The position numbers were made by a program, and so were the translations under genes. From Limnothrix sp. BL-A-16 (lineage in GTDB: Bacteria; Cyanobacteriota; Cyanobacteriia; CACIAM-69d), in the NCBI GenBank assembly GCA_041937175.2, contig CP166615.1:256001-320000 (forward strand): 64,000 bases of DNA, written 5' to 3'. The notes under the pieces are model-generated. The model was not told the origin of the DNA, did not search any database, and saw nothing but the letters and a program-made list of their open reading frames with translations. This document shows, piece by piece, positions 1-11,047 of the stretch (its first letter is position 1; each line of letters begins with the position of its first letter).

Positions 1-2
1 AT

Positions 3-269
3 GATCGCACCATCAGCCAAGCGATCGGCCGGGAAACCACCTCGGGATCCCTTTGTGTGAATGATTTGTTGGTGCAAGCCACCGTACCCGATTTGCCCTT
101 CGGCGGCGTGGGAGCCAGCGGCATGGGTCGCTATCACGGCCGGGCTGGGTTTGAGCTATTTTCCTATCAGCGCAGCCACCTGTGGCGATCGGCCAAACCG
201 GAATTTCCGATGCGCTATCCGCCCTACGACGACAACAAATTAGCTTGGCTGTCGCGATTGCGGTCTTAA
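3..269 (+). CDS. aldehyde dehydrogenase (ALDH3-like), C-terminal part, truncated by window start
   Basis: LPFGGVGASGMGRYHGRAGFELFS and RYPPY motifs; frame open back to window edge. Confidence 0.9.
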   Translation, partial: DRTISQAIGRETTSGSLCVNDLLVQATVPDLPFGGVGASGMGRYHGRAGFELFSYQRSHLWRSAKPEFPMRYPPYDDNKLAWLSRLRS

Positions 270-488
270 CCGTCCCTTAAGCCCAAGGAAATATTAGGGG
301 CGATCGTGATCGTGATCACCCCCTGTAGAATAGGATGCTGCAAGTTAGCCCAGCCCACTCCTAAATCACCCAATCGCAGATCCTCAGTGATTTGTCGCGA
401 TTTTGGCTGGCAACTTTGGGCCAAACCCTCGCTTCGTCAACCCGCAGCGAACTAGACCTTTCCTATCTGCCAACCGCACACTCGCCCC

Positions 489-2069
489 ATGCCGAAGGTA
501 CTTGTCTCCGACCCGATCGACAAAGCCGGCCTCGACATTCTGTCGCAAGTGGCCCAAGTCGATGTCCGCACCGGCCTGCCCGAAGATGAGCTGGTGCAAA
601 TCATCGGTGAATATGACGCGCTCATGATTCGATCGGGTACCCGCGTCACTGCCCGTGTAATCGAAGCCGGCCAAAGCCTGAAAATCATTGGCCGCGCTGG
701 GGTCGGAGTCGATAACGTGGATGTGCCCGCCGCCACCCGCCAAGGGGTTGTGGTTGTGAACTCGCCGGAAGGCAACACGATCGCCGCCGCTGAGCACGCC
801 CTGGCCATGATGCTGTCCATGTCGCGCTACATCCCTGCCGCCAACGAGTCCACCAAGGCCGGCAACTGGGATCGCAAGAACTTCACGGGCGTGGAAGTTT
901 ACAAAAAGACCCTCGGGGTTTTGGGGTTGGGCAAAATTGGCTCCCATGTGGCCTCCTGTGCCAAAGCTATGGGCATGAAGCTGCTGGCCTATGACCCCTT
1001 CATTTCCAAGGAGCGCGCCGAGCAGTTGGGTTGTCGCTTGGTGGATTTGGACTTGCTGTTCCGTGAGTCGGATTTCATCACCCTGCACATGCCCAAAACG
1101 CCGGAAACGGCCAACTTGATCAATGCTGAAGCGTTGGCCAAGATGAAGCCGACGGTGCGAATCGTCAACTGCGCCCGGGGCGGCATCATCGATGAGCAAG
1201 CGCTCTATGAAGCCCTGAAGGAAAATCGGATTGGCGGCGCGGCCCTCGATGTGTTTGTGGATGAGCCGCTGGGAGATTCACCCCTCAAGAGCTTGGGTAA
1301 AGAAGTGGTGCTGACTCCGCACTTGGGTGCTTCCACGGAAGAGGCTCAGGTGAATGTGGCGATCGACGTGGCGGAGCAAATTCGCGATGTGCTGTTGGGG
1401 CTGCCAGCGCGATCGGCTGTGAACATCCCGGGTCTTTATCCCGATGTGATGGAGCAACTGCGGCCCTACCTGAAGTTGGCGGAAACCCTGGGCACTTTGG
1501 TGAGCCAACTGGCTGGCGGTCGGGTGGAATCCCTGACGGTGCGCCTGCAAGGGGAATTGGCGGAAAAAGACAGCAAACCGATCACGATCGCGGCCCTGAA
1601 AGGCCTGCTGTCCCAGGCCCTGCGGGAACGGGTGAACTACGTCAACGCCAGCATTGAAGCCAAGGAGCGGGGCATCCGGGTGATTGAAACCCGCGATTCC
1701 TCCGTCCGGGACTACACCGGCTCGCTGCACCTGTCGGCGGTGGGTTCGCTGGGTGAACATTCGGCCACGGCCACCCTGCTGAGTGACGGCGAAATCCACA
1801 TCACCGGGATTGATGATTTCCCGATTAACGTCACTCCCACCCGCTACATGCTGCTGACCAAGCACCGGGATATGCCGGGGATCATTGGGAAAATCGGCTC
1901 GCTGCTGGGGAGCTTCAATGTGAATATCGCCAGTATGCAGGTGGGCCGCAAGATTGTGCGCGGCGATGCGGTGATGGTGCTGAGCATTGATGATCTGTTG
2001 CCCGATGGTCTGCTCGAAGAGATTGTGAAGGTTCCGGGCATCCGCGATGCTTTCACGGTGGTGCTTTAG
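489..2069 (+). CDS. serA: D-3-phosphoglycerate dehydrogenase
   Basis: GRAGVGVDNVD, GLGKIG, TPHLGASTEEAQ motifs; C-terminal ACT domain (DMPGIIGKIGSLLGSFNVNIASM). Confidence 0.97.
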   Translation: MPKVLVSDPIDKAGLDILSQVAQVDVRTGLPEDELVQIIGEYDALMIRSGTRVTARVIEAGQSLKIIGRAGVGVDNVDVPAATRQGVVVVNSPEGNTIAAAEHALAMMLSMSRYIPAANESTKAGNWDRKNFTGVEVYKKTLGVLGLGKIGSHVASCAKAMGMKLLAYDPFISKERAEQLGCRLVDLDLLFRESDFITLHMPKTPETANLINAEALAKMKPTVRIVNCARGGIIDEQALYEALKENRIGGAALDVFVDEPLGDSPLKSLGKEVVLTPHLGASTEEAQVNVAIDVAEQIRDVLLGLPARSAVNIPGLYPDVMEQLRPYLKLAETLGTLVSQLAGGRVESLTVRLQGELAEKDSKPITIAALKGLLSQALRERVNYVNASIEAKERGIRVIETRDSSVRDYTGSLHLSAVGSLGEHSATATLLSDGEIHITGIDDFPINVTPTRYMLLTKHRDMPGIIGKIGSLLGSFNVNIASMQVGRKIVRGDAVMVLSIDDLLPDGLLEEIVKVPGIRDAFTVVL

Positions 2070-2133
2070 CGATCGCTCAAATTAGGGTTGGGAAACCCAA
2101 CCCCTACGGCGGTGGAAATGATGACGGATCCTA

Positions 2134-2283
2134 GGGCCTGTCGTCAAATCGCCCAAAATCTTGATTCCACCGTTGGCAGATTGTGGGGGACAAGGGGCTT
2201 AAGCCCCTTGTTACGACGACTGGGACATGGAAAATCAACCGTTTAACCGCTTTTGCTGGATTCTAGGAAATGACGACAAACCC
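2134..2283 (+). mobile_element. MITE family A, copy 1 (150 bp)
   Basis: 13-bp imperfect TIRs GGGCCTGTCGTCA / TGACGACAAACCC, TA on both sides (2132-2133, 2284-2285), internal palindrome at 2190-2211; homologous to 9699-9841 and 58380-58521. Confidence 0.85.
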
Positions 2284-2896
2284 TAGGCTTCTTTGCTGAA
2301 AAACATCCGGAGCTAATGACTGGAGGGCTGAAAACCACTCCATGTAGATGCACCCCGATTGAAACCTCGATTGCTGGCTGGCCCAGCTCGAGGTTTTTTC
2401 TTGAGCAAAAATCGACTGATCAGTAGGCCGATGGGCTAACCCATGAGCAAGCCTATGAGCAAAATTAATGGTCACTCCCTGACAAAAAAACTAGGCGATC
2501 GGGCCTGACCCTGCTACCATACGGCCTAAGTTTTGTTACAAAGACAACAGTTTGCTGGTCGCATCTTTATTGATGCTGCTCACCGAGTCTGGCTGAGTCT
2601 AGCTGGATAAAACCTAAAAGGGGTCGGCAATTGGTCGGAGCAACGGCAAAACCGGATAACCGATTAAGCGCGATCCGTAACGTTGGCAGGCTGTCCTATA
2701 CCCATTTGGCTTCGATCTCCCGATCGATCCCAATCATTTCACTGTGGTGTGAGTCTCAAGCCGGAACCACTGCCGAAGGGAGTTTCACGCTCAAGGCTTT
2801 TACGCTTTCGTGCATTGGTCTAAGATTCCCTTCAGTTTGAAGCTCAACCAGTTCAACCACGTTAACGACCAGCAAACCTGAAACCGGGAGGCAAAC

Positions 2897-4627
2897 GTGC
2901 TGCGTTTGGAACGCATCCAAAAAATTTACCCAACGGGCCAAGTCCTGCGGGATGTGAGCTGGGAGGTCAAGCCCGGCGATCGGGTTGGGTTAGTTGGTGT
3001 GAATGGGGCAGGTAAATCCACCCAACTCAAAATCATCATGGGTGAGATTGAGCCAACGGCCGGGCAAATTATTCGCCCGGCTGATTTGCGCATTGGTTAT
3101 CTCAACCAAGAGTTTGATGTGGATCCTTGCCGCACGGTGCGCGAAGAACTGTTCTCGGCTTTCACGGAAGCTTGCGAGGTGCAGGATCAAATGCACCAAG
3201 TGCAAAACGAGATGGGTGTGGCGGATCCCGATCGCCTAGAAGCGTTGCTGCGCGATCTTGATCGTTTGCAACGCCGGTTTGAAGCCCTTGATGGCTATGG
3301 TCTAGAAGCCCGGGTCGATCGATTGTTGCCGGAACTGGGATTTGAGCCGGACGATGGCGATCGGCTGGTCAGTTCCTTCAGTGGCGGCTGGCAAATGCGG
3401 ATCTGCTTGGGCAAGGTGATGCTGCAAGAGCCGGATCTGTTGCTGCTGGACGAGCCGACCAACCACTTGGATCTTGAATCGATCGAGTGGCTCGAAGGCT
3501 ACCTAAAGCAACTGGGTAAACCGCTGGTCTTGATTTCCCATGACCGAGAATTTCTCGATCGGCTCTGTACCACCGTTGTGGAAACCGAGCGCGGTGTGTC
3601 CACCACCTATCTGGGTAACTATTCCCAATACCTGGCCCAAAAAGAAGAAAATCGCAGCGCCCTCCAAGCGGCCTACGATCGCCAACAAAAGGAGCTAGAC
3701 AAGCAGCAAGCCTTCGTCGATCGGTTCCGGGCCAGCGCCACCCGCAGCACCCAGGCCAAGAGTCGCGAAAAACAACTAGAAAAAGTGGAGCGCCTCGAAG
3801 CTCCCGTGGCCGACGTGCGCACCCTGCGGTTTCGGTTTCCGCCTGCCCCGCGCAGTGGTCGCGAGGTGGTCAAAATTGAAGACCTGACCCACGCTTGGGC
3901 CGATAAAATCCTGTTCCTGGGTGCAAACTTAACCGTGGAACGGGGCGATCGGATCGCCTTCTTGGGGCCCAATGGTTGCGGTAAATCCACCCTGTTGCGC
4001 ATGATCATGGGTCGGGAAACCCCCACCGAGGGAACCGCTCAAATTGGTCAACACAACGTGATCCCCGGGTATTTTGAGCAAAACCAAGCCGAAGCCCTGG
4101 ATTTACACAAAACCGTCATTGACACCCTGCGGGACGAAGCCCCAGACTGGAAAGAGGAAGAGGTGCGCAGCCTCTTGGGCCGTTTCCTGTTCAGTGGCGA
4201 AGCGGTGCTCAAGAAAGTTGAATCCTTGAGTGGGGGCGAAAAGGCGCGTTTAGCCCTCGCCAAAATGCTCGTTCAGCCCGTTAATCTGCTGATTTTGGAC
4301 GAGCCAACCAACCACTTGGACATTCCTGCAAAAGAAACCCTCGAATCAGCCCTGACGCAATTTGATGGCACTGCCTTGATCGTGTCGCACGATCGATACT
4401 TTATTTCGCAAGTTGCCAACAAAATTGTGGAAGTTCGTGAAGGCGAACTGCGCGTTTATCAGGGCAACTATCGCTACTATCTCGACAAAATTGCCGAGGA
4501 ACAAGAGCAAGCAAAGTTGGCAGCCATTGCCCAAGAGAAAACGGACAAAGCGGCCGCCAAGCGAGAGAAAGAGCGCGAAAAGCAACGGGCCAAGCAGGAC
4601 GCGAAAAAAGCAAACACCGGTTTGTAA
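2897..4627 (+). CDS. ABC-F family ATP-binding protein
   Basis: Two ABC cassettes (GVNGAGKST/FSGGW/LLLDEPTNHLD; GPNGCGKST/LSGGE/LILDEPTNHLD), no membrane segments. Confidence 0.95.
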   Translation: MLRLERIQKIYPTGQVLRDVSWEVKPGDRVGLVGVNGAGKSTQLKIIMGEIEPTAGQIIRPADLRIGYLNQEFDVDPCRTVREELFSAFTEACEVQDQMHQVQNEMGVADPDRLEALLRDLDRLQRRFEALDGYGLEARVDRLLPELGFEPDDGDRLVSSFSGGWQMRICLGKVMLQEPDLLLLDEPTNHLDLESIEWLEGYLKQLGKPLVLISHDREFLDRLCTTVVETERGVSTTYLGNYSQYLAQKEENRSALQAAYDRQQKELDKQQAFVDRFRASATRSTQAKSREKQLEKVERLEAPVADVRTLRFRFPPAPRSGREVVKIEDLTHAWADKILFLGANLTVERGDRIAFLGPNGCGKSTLLRMIMGRETPTEGTAQIGQHNVIPGYFEQNQAEALDLHKTVIDTLRDEAPDWKEEEVRSLLGRFLFSGEAVLKKVESLSGGEKARLALAKMLVQPVNLLILDEPTNHLDIPAKETLESALTQFDGTALIVSHDRYFISQVANKIVEVREGELRVYQGNYRYYLDKIAEEQEQAKLAAIAQEKTDKAAAKREKEREKQRAKQDAKKANTGL

Positions 4628-4734
4628 ATACCTTGTAACGTCTGGGATGCGCCACAAACCATCCCAGGCTTATAGGTTAAATCTCGGTGCTATTATGGCG
4701 GGAAAATTAAGCAAATATGAAGAGCAATCAGAGT

Positions 4735-6333
4735 ATGGTGGAGTCAACTGTCTCCCCTGTCGTGCTGATCATTCTTGACGGCTGGGGCTACCGCGAAGAT
4801 CGCAACGGTAATGCAATTGCTGAAGCGAAAACCCCGATCGTTGATAGCCTTTGGGCAGCCTATCCCCACACACTGATCCGCACATCAGGCAAGGCGGTTG
4901 GACTACCCGAGGGACAAATGGGTAACTCCGAGGTGGGCCACCTGAACATTGGTGCAGGTCGGATTGTGCCCCAAGAGTTGGTTCGCATTTCCGATGCCGT
5001 TGAAGACGATTCGATTTTGAACAATCCTGCCTTGGTGGCCACCTGCCAACAGGTGAAGGCCAGTGGCGGCAAGCTCCATCTGATTGGTCTTTGCTCCGAT
5101 GGGGGTGTGCATTCCCATCTGGATCATGTGGCTGGGTTACTGAAGCTGGCGAAGCAACAGGGAATTACCGAAGTTTGTATTCATGCCATCACCGATGGTC
5201 GCGATACTCAGCCCAACAGTGGCATTGGGTTTCTGACGCGACTGCAAGGGCTGCTTGATGACGCGGGGGTGGGGCAAATCACAACGGTTTCCGGGCGCTA
5301 CTACGCGATGGATCGCGATCGCCGCTGGGATCGGGTGCAAAAGGCCTACCAGGTGATGGCCACGGAGGGCGAGGTGGATGGGCGATCGCCCGTGCAGATC
5401 CTTCGGGACTCCTACGCGGAAAAGGTTTTTGATGAGTTCATTCTGCCGGTGCGGGTGGCTCCTGGAGCCGTGGCGGCCCAAGACGGTGTAATTTTCTTCA
5501 ATTTCCGTCCCGATCGGGCGCGGCAGCTCACCCAAGCGTTCATGGATCCTCAGTTTGATGGGTTTGAGCGTGAATTGGTGCAGCCGATCCATTTCGTCAC
5601 CTTCACCCAATATGATCCCGAGCTGCCCGTGGCCGTGGCCTTTGCGCCGCAGGATCTGAAAAACATCTTGGGTGAGGTGTTGGCGAATCATCGCCTCCGC
5701 CAGTTTCGAGCCGCTGAAACGGAAAAATATGCCCATGTCACCTACTTCTTCAATGGTGGCTTGGAAGATCCCTTTGAAGGGGAAGATCGGGTGTTGATCC
5801 CCAGCCCGATGGTGCCAACTTACGATCGCGCACCGGCCATGTCTGCGGACGCAGTGACCGATGCGGTAGTTTCCGCCATTCAAAAGGAGGTCTACTCCTT
5901 GGTGGTGGTGAACTATGCCAATCCGGACATGGTGGGCCACACCGGACAGATGGAAGCGGCCATTCAGGCCATTGAAACGGTCGATCGCTGTTTGGGCCGG
6001 GTGTTAACGGCGGTCTCCAAGGTGGGCGGCACGGTGCTGATCACCGCTGACCACGGCAATGCGGAATATATGTTTGATGAAGCGGGTAATCCCTGGACGG
6101 CTCACACCACCAACCGCGTCCCGTTTATCGTGGTCGAAGGGGAGCGCCGAAAGGTGGTCGGCCATGGCGGCGATGTTCAGTTGCGGGATGATGGTTGCTT
6201 GGCGGATATTGCGCCAACGATTCTGCAACTGCTGAATTTGCCGCAGCCCTCTGAAATGACGGGCAAGTCGATCGTGGCTCCGGCGGCCTATGAAGCCAAG
6301 TTGAATCGCACGCCAGTGACAGTGGGCGTTTAG
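4735..6333 (+). CDS. gpmI: 2,3-bisphosphoglycerate-independent phosphoglycerate mutase
   Basis: LIILDGWG, MGNSEVGH, AETEKYAHVT, NPDMVGHTG, TADHGNAE; start at 4735 preferred over 4717. Confidence 0.97.
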   Translation: MVESTVSPVVLIILDGWGYREDRNGNAIAEAKTPIVDSLWAAYPHTLIRTSGKAVGLPEGQMGNSEVGHLNIGAGRIVPQELVRISDAVEDDSILNNPALVATCQQVKASGGKLHLIGLCSDGGVHSHLDHVAGLLKLAKQQGITEVCIHAITDGRDTQPNSGIGFLTRLQGLLDDAGVGQITTVSGRYYAMDRDRRWDRVQKAYQVMATEGEVDGRSPVQILRDSYAEKVFDEFILPVRVAPGAVAAQDGVIFFNFRPDRARQLTQAFMDPQFDGFERELVQPIHFVTFTQYDPELPVAVAFAPQDLKNILGEVLANHRLRQFRAAETEKYAHVTYFFNGGLEDPFEGEDRVLIPSPMVPTYDRAPAMSADAVTDAVVSAIQKEVYSLVVVNYANPDMVGHTGQMEAAIQAIETVDRCLGRVLTAVSKVGGTVLITADHGNAEYMFDEAGNPWTAHTTNRVPFIVVEGERRKVVGHGGDVQLRDDGCLADIAPTILQLLNLPQPSEMTGKSIVAPAAYEAKLNRTPVTVGV

Positions 6334-6414
6334 ACGCATGGAGGGCCGCTCGGGGTCTCCATCCGGCCGTAAAATGTTGATTCCGCTATTGCTGGGTACA
6401 ATCCTGCGTTCCCT

Positions 6415-6645
6415 ATGTTGACCACGATTTTGGAAATAATCTGGGCCCTGTCTGCCCTCGGTTTGGTGGTGTTTGTGCTGTTGCACAGCCCCAAGGGCGA
6501 CGGTCTCGGCGGCATTGGCGGCCAAGCTCAACTGTTTTCGAGCACCAAGAGCGCGGAAGCCACGCTAAATCGCATTACCTGGACGCTGGCTTTGGTGTTC
6601 ATGGGTTTGGCGGTGGTGCTGAGTGCTGGCTGGCTGAAGGGTTAG
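6415..6645 (+). CDS. secG: preprotein translocase subunit SecG
   Basis: VLLHSPKGDGLGGIGG...KSAEATLNRITW; two TM helices; follows gpmI. Confidence 0.93.
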   Translation: MLTTILEIIWALSALGLVVFVLLHSPKGDGLGGIGGQAQLFSSTKSAEATLNRITWTLALVFMGLAVVLSAGWLKG

Positions 6646-6658
6646 GGGCGATCGCCCA

Positions 6659-7504
6659 ATGGGTGGGATGTCCCGCAACCGACAACGATGGCAGGGCGCG
6701 ATGGTCTACGGGGCGATCGCGCTCTGTTGTGTTTTGGGCTGCCTGGCTTGGAGCGGTTTGGGGCTAGCCGATCGAGGGGGTGACTCGATCGCCCAAGCAA
6801 CGGAACCACCGCCGGCCCTGCTCTCCCAACTGCCGCCGCCCCAGGTACACCCGCTGCCAACCCGTTTGCAACAGTGGCGCGATCTCCCTGCGGCCCAACC
6901 AAGGGCTATCCCTCCAGGCGGTGGGGTTGGGGATTCCTTCAACCCAGATTACTTCGACCAAATTGAACCCTCAATCGTGGGTCACCTGATCTGGTCGCAG
7001 TTTCCGATCACCGTTGCCCTGGCTCCCACCCCGCCCCGAGCGGCAGCTTGGCGCAAGGCCGTGACCCAGGCGATCGCTGATTGGCAACCCTATCTATCGC
7101 TGCAACTACTGGATGCGGCGGATTCAACCCCGGCCGACATCACGATCGCTCTGGGCAATCCCACCCTGCGCACGGCGGCCGGCTTGCCCCGAGCCGCCAA
7201 CGCCCGCACCACCTATGAGTTCTATTGGGATCTGCGGGGCGATCGCCCCCGACTGGCCCACCGATTTACGATCGAGCTGCGGGGCGATCGTGCGTTTGCT
7301 CAACTGCTGGGCACAGCGCGCCACGAGTTGGGTCATGCCCTGGGGATTTGGGGCCACAGTCCTCATCCCCAAGACGCGCTTTATGCTGCCGCCGTGGCCA
7401 ATCCGCCCCCGATTTCCGATCGAGATCTGAACACCTTGGTCAAAGTTTATGAACAACCAACGCGCCTCGGTTGGTCTCTAAATTCCTATCAAATTCCCGA
7501 TTAA
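6659..7504 (+). CDS. matrixin-like zinc metallopeptidase, probably exported
   Basis: [13 protein letters not shown] zincin motif; hydrophobic N-terminal segment; start uncertain. Confidence 0.85.
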   Translation: MGGMSRNRQRWQGAMVYGAIALCCVLGCLAWSGLGLADRGGDSIAQATEPPPALLSQLPPPQVHPLPTRLQQWRDLPAAQPRAIPPGGGVGDSFNPDYFDQIEPSIVGHLIWSQFPITVALAPTPPRAAAWRKAVTQAIADWQPYLSLQLLDAADSTPADITIALGNPTLRTAAGLPRAANARTTYEFYWDLRGDRPRLAHRFTIELRGDRAFAQLLGTARHELGHALGIWGHSPHPQDALYAAAVANPPPISDRDLNTLVKVYEQPTRLGWSLNSYQIPD

Positions 7505-7508
7505 AACC

Positions 7509-9596
7509 ATGCCTAATCGTCTGGCCCAAAGTCAAAGTCTTTATCTTCAAAAACACGCCCATAACCCGATCGACTGGTGGCCTTGGTGTGAGGAAGCCCT
7601 GGCCCAGGCGAAACAGGAAAATAAACCGATCTTTTTGTCCATCGGCTATTCCAGTTGCCATTGGTGCACGGTGATGGAGGGTGAGGCCTTTTCAGATCCG
7701 GCGATCGCGGATTACCTGAATGCCAATTTCTTGCCCATTAAGGTCGATCGGGAAGAGCGCCCCGACATCGACAGTATCTATATGCAAGCGCTGCAAATGA
7801 TGATTGCTCAGGGGGGCTGGCCGCTGAATATTTGGCTGGATCCCTACGATTTAGTGCCGTTTTATGGGGGAACCTATTTTCCGGTGGAGCCGCGCTACGG
7901 CCGGCCAGGATTTTTGCAATTGTTGCAGGCGCTGCGCGATCACTATGACCAACAGCCGGAGCAAGTGGCGCAAATTAAAGGGCAAATTCTGGCAGCCCTG
8001 CAACCCACGGTGGATTTGGCCACGGGGGCTAATTTGTTCGATCGCACTCTGGTGGAGCAAGGTTGGCAGGAAAATGCAGCGGTTTTGGCCGAAGGGCGAT
8101 CGAGCAATCGGTTTCCAATGATTCCCTATGCAGATTTTGTGTTGCGGGGCTATCGGGTCACCAGTCCCGAGCCTTGGAGCGACCAAATTCCAGAAGCCCT
8201 GCGTCCCAGTTTGCAACGGGGGGTGGCCCTGGCCCTGGGCGGCATCAACGACCATGTGGGCGGCGGCTTTCATCGCTACACCGTTGATCCCACCTGGACA
8301 GTGCCCCATTTTGAAAAAATGCTCTACGACAATGGGCAAATCGTGGCGTTTTTGGCGAACCTGTGGAGCGCGGGGGCCCAAGATCCTTCCCTGCGATCGG
8401 GAATTTTTGGGGCGATCGACTGGCTCCGCCGCGAAATGACCAATCCCGACGGCGGCTTCTATGCGGCCCAAGATGCCGACAGCTTCACCGATCCCGCAGC
8501 GGCGGAACCGGAAGAAGGGGCATTTTATGTTTGGGGCTGGGATGAACTGGAATCCCTGTTGGAACCGGAAACCCTCTCGGCATTGGTGGAACAGTTCACA
8601 GTTTCCGTGCCGGGCAACTTTGAGGGTGTGAATGTGTTGCAGCGGCGATCGGGCGGAACCTTGCCGGATGGGGTGACAGCGGCGCTCGATCGCCTGTTCA
8701 CGGTGCGTTACGGCCAGCCCCGCGCCCAGTTGGCCCAATTTCCGCCCGCCCGCAACGCTACCGAGGCCAAAACCGTCGCTTGGCCCGGTCGCATTCCCGC
8801 TGTCACCGACACCAAGGCGATCGCCGCTTGGAATGGCCTGATGATTGCCGGGCTGGCCCGGGCGGCCGCTGTGTTTCAGGACTTGGCCGCCTACCAATTA
8901 GCGGCCCGAGCGGCCCGCTTTTTGCAGACTCATCACAACTCGGGCGATCGCTTCTATCGGCTGAACTACGACGGGCAACCGGCGATCGGGGCCCAAGCGG
9001 AAGACTATGCCGAAGTGATTCGCGGCTTGCTGGAACTGCACCAGGCCGCAACGGCCCTGATCGCCACGGGGCAAATTTCCCCCTCAGAAGCGGATCCGTG
9101 GCTGGACTGGGCGACCCAACTACAAACGGAATTTGATCAGTACCTGTGGGATGCCGACCAGGGTGGATATTTCAACGCGGACGATCGCCCGGATTTAATC
9201 ATTCGCGAGCGGAGCATCATCGACAACGCCACCCCCGCCGCCAACGGCACAGCCCTGGGCAACTTGGTACGCCTGGCCCTGCTCACGGAGAATCTGACCT
9301 ATCTTGATCGCGCTGAACAGGGCTTTCGCAGTTTCCATCGTTTCTTAAGCGAGCACCCTCGCGCTTGTCCCAGTTTGCTGGCAGCCTTGGATCAGTTCCA
9401 GCGGCCCGTGCTGGTGCGGGCCAAGGCGGAAACCCTGGCCCTCTTGGCCCAGCAATATTTGCCGACTACGGTTTTGCGGTTGGATGAGCAATTACCGCAA
9501 GGGGCGATCGCCCTGGTGTGCAAAGGGCTAACCTGCCTGCCTGCCGCCACGGATCAAGCTCAACTCTGGTCTCTGTTGAAACAATGCCAGGGGTAG
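7509..9596 (+). CDS. thioredoxin domain-containing protein (YyaL/SSP411 family)
   Basis: [39 protein letters not shown] motifs. Confidence 0.93.
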   Translation: MPNRLAQSQSLYLQKHAHNPIDWWPWCEEALAQAKQENKPIFLSIGYSSCHWCTVMEGEAFSDPAIADYLNANFLPIKVDREERPDIDSIYMQALQMMIAQGGWPLNIWLDPYDLVPFYGGTYFPVEPRYGRPGFLQLLQALRDHYDQQPEQVAQIKGQILAALQPTVDLATGANLFDRTLVEQGWQENAAVLAEGRSSNRFPMIPYADFVLRGYRVTSPEPWSDQIPEALRPSLQRGVALALGGINDHVGGGFHRYTVDPTWTVPHFEKMLYDNGQIVAFLANLWSAGAQDPSLRSGIFGAIDWLRREMTNPDGGFYAAQDADSFTDPAAAEPEEGAFYVWGWDELESLLEPETLSALVEQFTVSVPGNFEGVNVLQRRSGGTLPDGVTAALDRLFTVRYGQPRAQLAQFPPARNATEAKTVAWPGRIPAVTDTKAIAAWNGLMIAGLARAAAVFQDLAAYQLAARAARFLQTHHNSGDRFYRLNYDGQPAIGAQAEDYAEVIRGLLELHQAATALIATGQISPSEADPWLDWATQLQTEFDQYLWDADQGGYFNADDRPDLIIRERSIIDNATPAANGTALGNLVRLALLTENLTYLDRAEQGFRSFHRFLSEHPRACPSLLAALDQFQRPVLVRAKAETLALLAQQYLPTTVLRLDEQLPQGAIALVCKGLTCLPAATDQAQLWSLLKQCQG

Positions 9597-9629
9597 GCTC
9601 ATGGCGGCTGATCCCAGCTCGCCGGGCTG

Positions 9630-9698
9630 ATGGCCGGTTGCCAAATCGCCCGAAACTCGGATTCCACTTCTAGCGAGTCGTGAGGAGCAAGGGGCTTA
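9630..9698 (+). mobile_element. older, diverged left half of a family-A MITE, interrupted at its palindrome
   Basis: CAAATCGCCC...GATTCCAC...GTGAGGAGCAAGGGGCTTA aligns to copy 1 with the same 46-nt spacing from CAAATCG to CAAGGGG. Confidence 0.75.
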
Positions 9699-9841
9699 GG
9701 GCCTGTCGTCAAATCGCCTGAAACCCTAGATCTGCCGTTAGCGGATCGTGGGGGACAAGGGGCTTAAGCCCCTTGTCTAGGTCAGTTAGGGGCTGGAAGA
9801 TCAACGGGTTTTGCTTGATCCCAGCTTGTGACGACAGATCT
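9699..9841 (+). mobile_element. MITE family A, copy 2 (right TIR degenerate)
   Basis: Left end GGGCCTGTCGTCAAATCGCC identical to copy 1; perfect 24-bp palindrome at 9754-9777; right end TGACGACAG at 9829-9837. Confidence 0.85.
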
Positions 9842-9870
9842 TGGGGGCCATGCTTGCGATCGAACCAGTC

Positions 9871-10368
9871 CTAGCGATTCAGGTATTTCATTGCCAAGCC
9901 CATCAAATCCGACATATCAATATCCCCATCCCCGTCGCCATCTAAATAGCCACTGAGCAGCGAATTGCCTTGCTCGTTGGACTTTAAAAAGTTCAGCATC
10001 AGGGGTACAGCCATCGGCAAAACCGGTTCGATCGACCCGGCGGGCAGCCCCGTGCGGGCCTCGATTTCCCCTAGCATTTGTTCCACTTGGGGTTGATCCA
10101 AAAACGCCGCGATCGCCGCCGCATTCGGTTCTGTGCCGCCCAATTGATCAACCAATGCCTGGGTTTGCTCAAAACCATTGGCCGCCTGGTTAGCCTGCAA
10201 GCCCCCTTTCAAATATTTCGCCACAATTCCCATCACCGCTTGGGTGTTGGCCAAGTCCAACCCCCCTTGGCTGCTGATCGCTTGGAAGGTTTGCAACATG
10301 GCTCCCAAATCCCCGGAACCACCGGCCAGGGCAGGGTTTTTCAGCAGGGAAGACAACATATCCAACAT
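9871..10368 (-). CDS. DUF937-like protein with C-terminal EF-hand-like acidic motif
   Basis: LPMAVPLMLNFL, LDGDGDGDIDMSDL; family from recall. Confidence 0.7.
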   Translation of the reverse strand: MLDMLSSLLKNPALAGGSGDLGAMLQTFQAISSQGGLDLANTQAVMGIVAKYLKGGLQANQAANGFEQTQALVDQLGGTEPNAAAIAAFLDQPQVEQMLGEIEARTGLPAGSIEPVLPMAVPLMLNFLKSNEQGNSLLSGYLDGDGDGDIDMSDLMGLAMKYLNR

Positions 10369-10477
10369 AGTCGAATCCTCAAGTTTTCCAATCAAGATCG
10401 CAAGCAGGCTTTAATTCCCAGGCTTTAATTCCCAGGCTTTGATTTCCATCAACAGCCGTTGATTAACCCCATCGCGA

Positions 10478-10517
10478 CAAAAACAAACAAGGGCAAGGTC
10501 TGTGGAATCCTTGCCCC
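10478..10517 (-). terminator. putative intrinsic terminator after the TPR gene
   Basis: GGGCAAGG/CCTTGCCC stem followed by a U-rich tract on the minus strand. Confidence 0.55.
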
Positions 10518-10528
10518 TGCTGTTGATT

Positions 10529-11047
10529 TTATGCGCGCTTTTGCAATGACTCCAGACGGCGCTTAGCCACATCATTTTTGGGATCGGCCGCCAAGGCTGC
10601 TTCATAGGCTTCCAGGGCTTGCTTCACTAGTTGTTTTTTCTCGTAGGCAAATCCCAAGTTATTCCAGGCGGTCACGTAGCCGCCGTTGAGTTTGACGGCT
10701 TCTTTGTATTGCCGAATGGCCAAATCAAACTGCTCTTGGGCCACGTAGGCAAATCCCAAAGCGTTGTAAACAATGGCCAAGTTATCGGTGGATTCTTCTT
10801 CACCTTTCTTGAGCGATCGCTGGAATTGCTCGATCGCCTGGCCATACATTTTTTTATCCATGTAAATACTGCCCAGTTCATAAAACGCCTGAGCACCTGC
10901 TTCCCCGCTGCTGGCGGCTTTTTGCAAGCGGCTGAGGGTATTTTCTAGGCGACGAGTTTTGAACACCTGACGCAGTACAAAAAAGGCCACGATCGACAGC
11001 AGCCCCACCAAAATTGAAATATAGACAATACCAACTGAGCCTTCCAT
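10529..11047 (-). CDS. membrane-anchored TPR protein (Ycf37/Pyg7-like)
   Basis: N-terminal TM helix, three TPRs (AFYELGSIY, VYNALGFAY, AWNNLGFAY); lies downstream of rplT. Confidence 0.8.
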   Translation of the reverse strand: MEGSVGIVYISILVGLLSIVAFFVLRQVFKTRRLENTLSRLQKAASSGEAGAQAFYELGSIYMDKKMYGQAIEQFQRSLKKGEEESTDNLAIVYNALGFAYVAQEQFDLAIRQYKEAVKLNGGYVTAWNNLGFAYEKKQLVKQALEAYEAALAADPKNDVAKRRLESLQKRA

